Origin: Antedon mediterranea
Lineage: Eukaryota > Animalia > Echinodermata
Reading direction: 5' to 3'
Length of the DNA: 64,000 bases
Assembly: GCF_964355755.1 (NCBI RefSeq)
Contig: NC_092673.1
Coordinates: 4,526,001-4,590,000 of the forward strand
Shown here: positions 12,754 to 22,720 of the stretch, piece by piece
Numbering within the stretch: the first letter of the stretch is position 1
Layout: each line of letters begins with the position of its first letter
Translations under genes and position numbers: made by a program
Notes under the pieces: generated by a model
The model's input: the letters and a program-made list of their open reading frames with translations, nothing else
Databases searched by the model: none
What the model was told of the DNA's origin: nothing

Positions 12754-13919
12754 GTTGAATTCAGGCATATTTAATTGCTAGGAAAAATGATTTTATAGAC
12801 TGCCTATAGGCCTACTGTAAATACAAACGAATCTATATCTGATCAGAAATTATTGTTGCTTTAGATAGGCCTACATTTATTTATATCAAATTTAAATCTT
12901 TAATTGACATTGTATATAACTAAACTAAATATTCAGAAATTGACAAAAAACATTAAAATCTTTTTAAATGTGTAAATATGCGTAATACCTAAAAATTGGT
13001 TAGCACTATAATAGCATGATTTATATTATAAAATCTGATTGTATTTATAATCATAAATCACTTAATAATATTAGTCATAATTATGATTATTAATTTTGTA
13101 TCTATGTGATTAAATATCATGATACAACAACACTTTTTCTATTAAAACGTAAACGGTTAAACTCAAATGACGGGGTGAACTATGCATTGGATTCGTTGCC
13201 TTTCAAGCATGTTTATTTTACTTTTATTAATACTTTTATTTTAATAATTTTTTGCTGACGAATTCAAGCCCGTGGCGAGGATGTTTACCGGGAGATTTTT
13301 TCCGCAAAAATCGTCACAAGCAAGGCTAAAAGTTAGACCTATTTCATACTTTCCACTGCCGCTCTCTAATTTGAAAAGTTGGCCGGTAGTAAATGAAAAA
13401 AATTGGGTTTGTTTTAACCCATCAATCACCTCGGACTTATATTGTTCATTTAGGTTGTATATCATTCTGTTATCATAAAATATATCCGTATACAATGATG
13501 GATAAATAAAGAAACAAGAAGCATTGTTGAAACTATTTGTTTAAATTTTGGAATTTGACTATGTTATCATGTGATGATTATCACTGTATCTATATAGATA
13601 GTATTTTTTGAAGTTTATACAGAGTACAGCTCAGAATTGGATGATAAGGACTCGCATATAATAATAATTGAACTGTATTTCAGCAATGTACAAGCCATAT
13701 AAAATACAAAGAATAAAATAAAAGCACATTATTTAAAAGACAAACAATTAACAACAACTGGAAGACCAAGAAGTTTCCTGAAAACTATAAAAGTTCGCTG
13801 TGAGAAATTCGTAATCGAAGTAGCTACAGTGTCTGAATGTTTCTAATATAATGTGTACCGTAACGTATTAATTTACCTTGATTTACCATGATGTTGAGGC
13901 TAAAGCAAACATTGCTTAT

Positions 13920-14245
13920 TCGCCCCTCTGAAAGTTAGTCTCTAACATTTATGGCTGAAACTTCTGATGGTGATTTTTCCAACGTTCTTGCAGGTTTGAC
14001 TTAAATTGGTTTACTGACTTCGACTCTACAACATTCGTTAAAGCATTCTAATCCTTAATTACCCGTGTTCTAAAAGTATTGGTTTCCCACTTAGTTTTAA
14101 CTCGCGGCTTTGTTAATTTAAAGAATGATCCCTAGTATAAAAAACTGTTGACATATAAAAAGGTTCCGACTTATCAATTCCTTTCAGGATTTTAAATACC
14201 TGGATCAGTGAACCTCTAAGGTTTCTAAAAGGCCATCCTAGGGTT
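13920..14245 (-). mobile_element. CR1-clade LINE, degenerate 3' fragment
   Basis: Minus strand gives RGSLIQVFKILKGID...TRDHSL...RVIKD*NAL..VVESKSVNQFKSNLQERW, resembling the CR1 ORF2 C-terminus, with stops. Confidence 0.6.
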
Positions 14246-14745
14246 GTTGGTGCTGTATCTAAAAATTGTCCCGCTATCAGGCAATTCCTTAGTTGGCATC
14301 ATTTTGATCAATTGACAAATAATCATATCATATTTTGAAATTGTGATAAAAAAAAATTATCAAACATATAAAAATAAATTTTCTGTAAATAAAATAACAT
14401 TCATAATCCAGAGTGCACAACAATAACTGAAGATTTTGTTGTAAAGAAATTCAACATAAACGGTAGGTACGTCGAAAATATATTCTTGACATCTTAATCT
14501 GCCTTTCTCATGTCTTTGCATCAATTTACAGTGCCTCAAAGATTTAGACAAAACAGCGACCTTATATTATTTCTACTGAAATTAAATTATGTTAACTTTT
14601 TTTATACAACAACATTTCACTTTTGATATCTTATTTTACTTAGAACGGCAAAGATCTTGATTGATTTCGCATAAGCTCTTTTTATTAGGAACAGAACGGT
14701 GTGTTAAGTAATTGACTGAATAACAAACGGTAACATATTATTACA

Positions 14746-16523
14746 ATGTCTACCACTAATCACGATGAAGGGGTCCCGGCACTTGTTATCGACAATGGTT
14801 CAGGCGTGTGTAAAGCAGGCTTTGCGGATGCTGATGCACCTAGGGCCGTGTTCCCAGCTGTAGTTGGAAGGCCTTGGTATGGACAGCAGGTATAATAGCA
14901 AAACAATTTTGTTATATGTAATTTAATATTTAGATCGTATCACAGAATAATTCACTAAGATTTAACCCCTACTAATGATCTGATCTAATCGTGATTAAAT
15001 TGAATCGACAGCGTGTAGGCATTGATTAATTGTGTACATCTATATATCTTTTCCAATTATATCAGTTAGGCTATCATTCAATATAATAATATAAACTGTG
15101 TTAGTTATGAACTACGTTTCGAAATTAAACGTTGCTGGACAATTTCTGTGTCTAAGATTGATTAATTTGTGTTTATTTAAGTCGACAGTTTTTGGACATG
15201 AAGCACAACATAAGAATAAGATAGGAATTTGTACACTGGAATACCCAATAGATCGTGGCATTGTAACAAATTGGGACGACATGGAAAAGATTTGGCACCA
15301 TTGTTTCTACAATGAGCTTCGAGTTGCGCCAGAAGAACATCAGATACTACTGACAGAAGCACCACTTAACCCAAAAGCGAATCGAGAGAAAATGACGCAG
15401 GTAGGTTTTTTAGTTTAGTTGGGATGACTTTTTAAAAATTATTTATTTTTATGTTTGTCACATTTGACTCCCATTCCCGCCTCTTTTCTCCCCGAAACTA
15501 AGTTTTTATTTTATTAGTAGGCCTATAGTGTTTACGATTTAATTATTATGACTTATGATCAGCAGACACAAAAAGCGAACCACGGCATATAACTGTCAAT
15601 TTTCGTTTTCGTATTCCTGATTTCTAGATAATGTTTGAGACATTCAAAGTGCCTGCAATGTACGTAAGCATACAGGCTGTCCTGTCATTGTACGCTACAG
15701 GCAGAGTCACCGGCATAGTGTTCGATTCAGGGGACGATGTTTCCCATGCTGTTCCAATCTATGAGGGAAACGCACTTCCACATGCTATTGAACGATTGGA
15801 CTTGGCTGGACGAGATCTTACTGAAAATTTAGCAACAATGCTTCTTTTTGAAAGAGGATACTCATTTAAAACCACATGTAGGCATATACTTTACTTTTAG
15901 TTTTGACAGGCAAAATTCTGTCCGAACTGACAACACAATGTTATTATTTCGGTATGTTAGGCCTACTTTTATCCATGGGCCTACTAAATAAATACTTGTT
16001 TCTTTATTTAGCTGAAAAAGAAGTAGTTCGAGATATAAAGGAAAAGCTCTGTTACGTCGCTCTTGATTTTGAAGAAGAGATGAACAAGGCCGCAACAAGT
16101 TCATCGCTTGAAAAAAGTTACGAACTACCCGATGGACAGGTAATCACAATCGGAAACGAACGATTCCGATGTCCCGAAGTCCTCTTCCAACCATCGCTCA
16201 TCGGAATGGAACATAGTGGAATCCATCAAACGATATATAACAGCATAATGAAATGTGACATTCATGAAGAACTCTATCAAAACTGTGTAATGTCTGGTGG
16301 TTCAACTATGTTTCCAGGAATCGCGGATCGTCTGCAAAAGGAAATGACGTCATTGATACCTGCCGGTATGAAGGTGGAAATAATAGCAGCCCCTGAACGC
16401 AAGTATTCTGCATGGATAGGGGGTTCTATTTTAGCGTCTCTGTCAGCTTTCCAACAGATGTGGATTAGTAAACAGGAATATGATGAATCTGGCCCTGGTA
16501 TAGTTCACAGAAAGTGTTTTTAA
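14746..16523 (+). CDS. Actin-like paralogue 2 (374 aa; shortened D-loop, H73R, G158D)
   Basis: Exons 14746-14889, 15182-15400, 15628-15877, 16012-16523 total 1125 nt, open frame, same intron positions as paralogue 1. [74 protein letters not shown]...DSGDDV...HRKCF*. Confidence 0.82.
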
Positions 16524-18174
16524 ATAGAAATAGAAAGATTGTTATTGCCAATATAGACTGGGCCGATAGATTGCCTATACTGTATATACAAACGAATCTA
16601 GTATTATATCTGATAGGCCTATCCGTATACAATGATGGCATAAATAAACATTGATGAAACTATTTTTTGTTTGAATTTTGGAATTTGACTATCATTATTT
16701 ATCACTGCAGAATTTGCCTATCATAACATGCCGTATTTGTTGAAGATTATACAGAGTACAGCTCAGAATTGGGTGATGACTCGCATATAATAATAATTGA
16801 ACTTTATATCAGCAATGTACAAGCCATATCAAATACAAAGAATAAAACAAAAGCACATCAATCGTCATTAAAAAGACAAACAAATCAATAAAAATCAGCC
16901 CTGAGAAGGTCCATACAGTTAAAATGTAGCTTCGAAAATGTCTAACTATACAAAATAGACAGTTTTAATTGGTTTGTTTGTACTATCTTCCAGTCTACAA
17001 ATAAATTTATAACATGTATTTCTATACAATTCATAGAAAGAGGGAACTTTGTTCATGAAAAACATCTGACTGGTACTAAAGTGTCGTGGAGGACGAATAA
17101 GTCCTAAAAAACTATAAAAGTTCGCTGAGAAATTCATAATCGAACTACTTAGAGTGTTGTTATTGTGTAACGTACTATTTAGGCCAGCTCATGATTGTTG
17201 GTGGTGAACCTAAAAATTGTCCCGCTATCATAGGCAATCACTTAGTTGGCATCATTTTGTATCACATATGCCCTAATTGACGTGACCAAAACGTATCCCA
17301 ATATTCTTATACTTAAATTAATTTTTATGACGAAATTAGCATTTCTGGACAATGTCATATTTTGTTATAAAGTACCCATACCAAGAAATGGTGATAAGGG
17401 TACACTTTAAAACTAAAATTGGTCCTTTTCAAACATATAAAAATGTTCGGTCAATAAAATAACATTCATAGGCTAGGCCTAAGCTACTAATAACTGACGA
17501 TTTTAAGTAAGAAATTCAACATAAAAGGTAGGTACGTCGAAAATATATTCTTGAAATCTTTTTATCTTAATCTATATCTTATAATAAATTATTGTTGTTA
17601 TAGATATGCCTACATTTATTTATATAAAATCAAAGTGTTTATTTCACATTGATATATGATAAGCGTTAATTTACAGTATACAGTACATTACGGATACTGA
17701 CACATAATTACAAAACACAACGATCATAGTAATTATTTGGTAATTCATGTTTTCAAAGTTACACATTATAGAGCGGATGATATCATTATGATACAACAGC
17801 TATTTAAAAAATACTTTGACTGCTGATCTCTAATTTGAAAAGGTCACTTAAACATGAAAAAATGGTTAGTTTGAACCCTCGAACCACCCCGTAGGCTATT
17901 GATCGCTAGATAAAGAAATAATAAATATTTATAAAACTATTTGTCCGAACTTGACTTATCAATCTTAAACTTATAACTTCCATGAAACAGATTTTACATT
18001 GTGATGATTATCACAAAATTGCTTAATGACGTATTTGTTAAAGATACAGTACCGAGAATCACAAAACAAAAGACATACATTTAAACAACAAAGTATAAAG
18101 TTCGGTGTGAATTTAATAATGTTCATTGTGCTAAAATACATTTAGACTGTATATTTGCAGATTATAAGCTAGCT

Positions 18175-20790
18175 ATGGATCATCCCACTGTTACCAACCC
18201 AGAAGGTACGTCGAAATATATTCTTTGACGCTATTTTATTTATTATTTATAGTGGCTTTAGGTGCATAGTGGCTTAAAGTACTTGAATTAAACTAAAATT
18301 AAATATAATATTATATCTTTTCGGGCAACAATCACACCTTAACCCAACCCCATGTACCTTTTCAGTATCCTATTTGTTAGTATTCGCACAAGCAATTAAA
18401 CAAAACTAAATACTATTATAACGTTATTGAGTATATATTCTTATGTTTGATAGCAATTTCCACCAATATTAACGACGACGTAAAGGCAACAATTGTTATC
18501 GACAACGGTTCAGGTATTTGCAAGGCGGGGTTTGCAGGTGTCGATTTAGAACCACGGGTCGTCTTCCCAGCTTTTGTTGGAAGAACTAGACATCAGGTAA
18601 TAGTATAGCGAATAGTTGAGAAAAGACGTCTTGTGTGTATGGTAGGCTAAAGATCGTCATAATTAAATTAAATATAATCGACAATATCTTTGTTTATAAC
18701 TTATGCTCTATCAGTTATCGTTAAATATAATAATACTATATTATATATATTATATATACTGCCAAGTTCAGAACCATATGGATGATATATGGAAGGCATT
18801 AAGGAAACATGATCCCACTCTTTTGGATGGTTTTGTTAAAGAAAGCTTTATTTGTTCGAAATTATGACGTGATCTTTTTAAAGATGGCAATAACCGGAGG
18901 AGGCAGCGTTTTCATTGGCGAAGAAGCACAATCTAAACGAGGAATGCTTACCCTAAAATACCCAATAGAAAATGGCATTGTAACGAATTGGGACGACATG
19001 GAAAGGATTTGGCACCATTGTTTCTACAATGAGCTTCTAGTTGCGCCAGAAGAACACCCAATATTACTGACAGAAGCACCACTTAACCCAAAAGCGAATC
19101 GAGAGAAAATGACGCAGGTATTATTGTATACTATTGATAGGACAGTTTTTCTACCAAAACATTGATTTCAAATCAAAGTTTCAATTTAGGCCTAATTGTT
19201 TTGAGGGAAGTTATTTCCTCTATTATTTTGCGCGTGAGATTATTCCATTCTTATAATTGGTATACTAATATAACATTCAGTAGGCGTACCAAGCAAAGCA
19301 GTAGCCGACATCCAGCTAGCTAGCAGGGAGAACCCGACGTGAAAATGTTGTTTCCTTCCTTAGAAAATAGCCACTGACGTTAAATGACAACATAGAGTAA
19401 GCATAAGTTTATATGCTTGTGTTGGTTATATATTTAATTGTTTTAATCATCTTACTCTTCCCTGTTGTACATTCCTAACGGTTCCATTGATACCATGGAT
19501 TAATGAATACTCATTAATCCATGTTGATACGTACAATTAAGGATGTGAACGATTCCATTATGTGTGCACGTCAATCTCCCTGGTCACACGTAAGTAAGGC
19601 CCAACTTATCATTTATTTGTTTGCATTTTTCGTAATTTCTAGATAATGTTTGAAACATTCAACGTACCTGCAATGTACGTAAGCATACAAGCTGTCCTGT
19701 CATTGTTCGCTGATAGCAGAACCACCGGCATAGTGTTCGATTCAGGGGACGGCGTTTCCCATGCTGTTCCAATCTATGAAGGATACGCACTTCCACATGC
19801 CATTAAACGAATGCACCTGGCTGGAAGAGACCTTACTGAATATTTAGCAAGGCTTTTTTTAGAAAGAGGTCACTCATTTACCACCACAGGTAGGCATATA
19901 CATACATACCCTCCATAAGGAATACATTTTTCTTCCATCTAATATTCGTATCCGTCTGCCTCGAAGCCGTACTAAACGCTACAATAAATCATTTGTCCCA
20001 CAATCTATTGTCACCTATAACAAATTTGTCCAACGCTAACTCATGGAGAGAACACCTGGATCGTAGACTTTTTGATATTTTATATGTGATTTTATATTGA
20101 TTTGTATTTTGTATGTATGTTTGTTATTATCTCTGCAGTGTATATAAAAGGAATTTCTGATACATACATAGGCCTACAGGAAAATATTTTTTCCGAATTG
20201 ACAAAAATGTTATTCTTCCGGTATGATAGGCATACCACGTATAAAATAATACTTATTTTATCTATAGGCCTACTAAATAACTCCTTTTTTATTTAGCTGA
20301 AAAAGAAATAGTTCGAGATATAAAGGAAAAGCTATGTTATGTCGCTCTTGATTTTGAAGAAGAGATGACCACGACCGCAACTTGTCCATCTATGGGTTAC
20401 GAACTACCCGATGGTCAGATAATCACAATCGGAAACCAACGATTCCGATGTCCAGAAGCCCTCTTCCATCCTGACCATGAAATCCACCAAACTATATATA
20501 ACAGCATACAGAAATGTGACATTGACATTCGTAAAGAACTTTATCAAAATTGTGTAATGTCTGGTGGTTCTACTATGTATCCTGGATTTGTGGATCGTCT
20601 GAAAAAAGATATTACGTCACTCGCACCCCCTACTATAAAGGTGAAAATAATAGCACCCCCTGAGCGCAAGTATTCAGTATGGATAGGGGGGTCTGTTCTT
20701 GGGTCTCTGCCAACTTTCCAACAGATGTGGATTAGTAAACAAGAATATGATGAATCCGGCGCTGGCATAGTTCACAGAAAGTGTTTTTAA
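18175..20790 (+). CDS. Actin-like paralogue 3 (~382 aa; new N-terminal exon, plug deletion, H73N)
   Basis: Exons 18175-18205, 18454-18596, 18884-19117, 19643-19889, 20297-20790 total 1149 nt, open frame. [39 protein letters not shown]...PIENG...[12 protein letters not shown]...HRKCF*. The first exon is inferred from phase compatibility because the ancestral ATG position reads ATT (18456-18458). Confidence 0.78.
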
Positions 20791-22047
20791 GTAGAAATCA
20801 TTGCATAATCTTTAATTGCCAGGAAAAACGATTGTATTGACAGTGCCTATACCTTACATACAAACAAATCTATATTCGATTGTTGCTATAAATAGTCTAC
20901 AATTATTTATATCAAATTTAAATCTTTATTTCACGTTGTATATAACTACTAAGCTAAATATTAAGAAATGTTAAAATCTTTTGAAATTTGTAAATATGCG
21001 TAATATCTCAAAATTAGTCAGCACAGCATATTATAAAATCTGATTGTATTTATAATCATGAATCACTTATAATAATATTAGTCATAATTATGATTATTGA
21101 TTTTTTTTATCTATGTGATTAGATATCATGGTACAACAACATTTTTCATATTTAAAAAACTCAAATGACGGGGTGAACTATGCCTTGTCAAGCATGTTTG
21201 TTATACAATACCTTTATTTTATTTCTTTTGTGCTGACGATTTCAAACCCGTAGTGAGGATTTTTACAGGCGTTTGTTTTTTCTGCAAAAATCGTCACAAG
21301 CTAGGCTAAAAGTTTCATACTTTCACTGCTGATCTCTAATTTGAAAAGGTTGGCCGGTACTTTGGTTTGAACCCTCGAATCACCTCGGGCTTGGATTTTT
21401 ATTTTAGGTTGTATATTGTATTATAAAAATATATTCATATTATACATGATGGCTAATAAATATTGATTATACTATTTATCAGAATTTTAGAAACTTAATT
21501 TGATTTATCAATCTCAAACATATATTTCACATTCTGATGCGTGTATCAGGCTCTAATTCATAATAAACAATAAGTTTTCACAATTAACTGTTTATCACAG
21601 AATTTGCCATACTTTTAGTCTAAGATACTAGGCAGAAGTGTTTTTAAGCAGAACTTTAACAATTTGTTATAGGCCTCTTATTACAATGTCTGTGTTTGTC
21701 AACGACCTTTCCATTCATATGTTGAATACCCTCATTCTTATAATATCAGGAATTACTATTAGTAATTCTGCTGTATTGGCTTTCTAAAATCAAGATTGTA
21801 TATAGGCCTAATATATAACAAAAACAAATCGATATGATTTTATTATATACCCTATGAAACATACGAACACCTAACTGAGATTATTGTCAAATTATATTTA
21901 TGATGAATATTTAACGTTCTATAGTGTTTATAAACAGTTAATAAATAAATAATTAAAAAATAATAAGGCATTTGTTTACGTCTATTAATATTGATATAGC
22001 CTTATTAAAAAAAGACCAAACTTTGATAGCGAGGCTGAGAAATCGTC

Positions 22048-22061
22048 GCGCCACCTAGCGT
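22048..22061 (-). promoter_or_regulatory. CTCF-like motif between the actin cluster and the DCTN1 start region
   Basis: GCGCCACCTAGCGT; the reverse complement ACGCTAGGTGGCGC is one mismatch from the CCRSYAGRKGGCRS core. Confidence 0.4.
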
Positions 22062-22720
22062 TTAAAAACTGCAATATAATTAAACAAATGTATTGTGCGG
22101 TCTTACACGATCATTACGTAGTGAAGTTAGAAGAGGTCCGCTAAATGTGTAAAAAGAAGACAAAAATCCAGACGATAACAATTTCTAGGAGGCCCACCCC
22201 TAGCCTAGCCATTTATTTTGCTGGTTTTGGCGATAATTAAATTAAGTTTCTGCCAGAAAGGTAATTCTGACTAATTTAATACTTTATTTGCTATTAGGCC
22301 TATATAGATTTAACATTTGTAATGTTTTAATTAATATGATAAGTTAGAACGGGTGGTGCGATGTCACTCTCTAGGCCTACTACTAGGCTATCTATCAGAC
22401 AGATGTAGGCTAGGGCCCAAGGGGGTCTTGTGGAGGCCTAACTAGTAGTCGTAGTAGTAGTAGTAGGCCCTTAGGCTTAGACGTAAAAGTTACTTAGGAA
22501 TATTACCAAAATGGTATGTTACGCTTCACATTCATAATGAGTCTAAAAAAGGATTACTTTTTTGTGCGCAAATATATTATCTGATCTTTAATGTAGAAGA
22601 AAAAAACACAAGAGGTAGGCCTAGGCCTAGCTAGGGTTATTTGATGTTTAAAAATGTTTTTGAAATATTTTATTATTTTTCTGTCCAAAGGTCTAGGCTA
22701 GGCCTATTAAAGAGATTAAA

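Larger units (their letters stand above)
12760..21420 (+). repeat. Duplicated intergenic blocks of the actin cluster
   Basis: ~12760-13440 matches ~20800-21420 (GACGGGGTGAACTATG, CAAAAATCGTCACAAG); ~13480-13800 matches ~16620-17140 (TACAGAGTACAGCTCAGAATTGG); ~14245-14490 matches ~17195-17555 (AAAAATTGTCCCGCTATC, GGTAGGTACGTCGAAAATATATTCTTG). Confidence 0.8.

Noticed and set aside
10893-20790. Calling the actin-like genes Arp1/centractin because they neighbour DCTN1
   Set aside because: They have conventional-actin signatures ([30 protein letters not shown], actin intron positions) and are clearly recent duplicates of each other.
18454-20790. Actin 3 as a start-loss pseudogene
   Set aside because: No stop or frameshift anywhere and an in-phase upstream ATG exon exists. 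Not fully excluded without transcripts.
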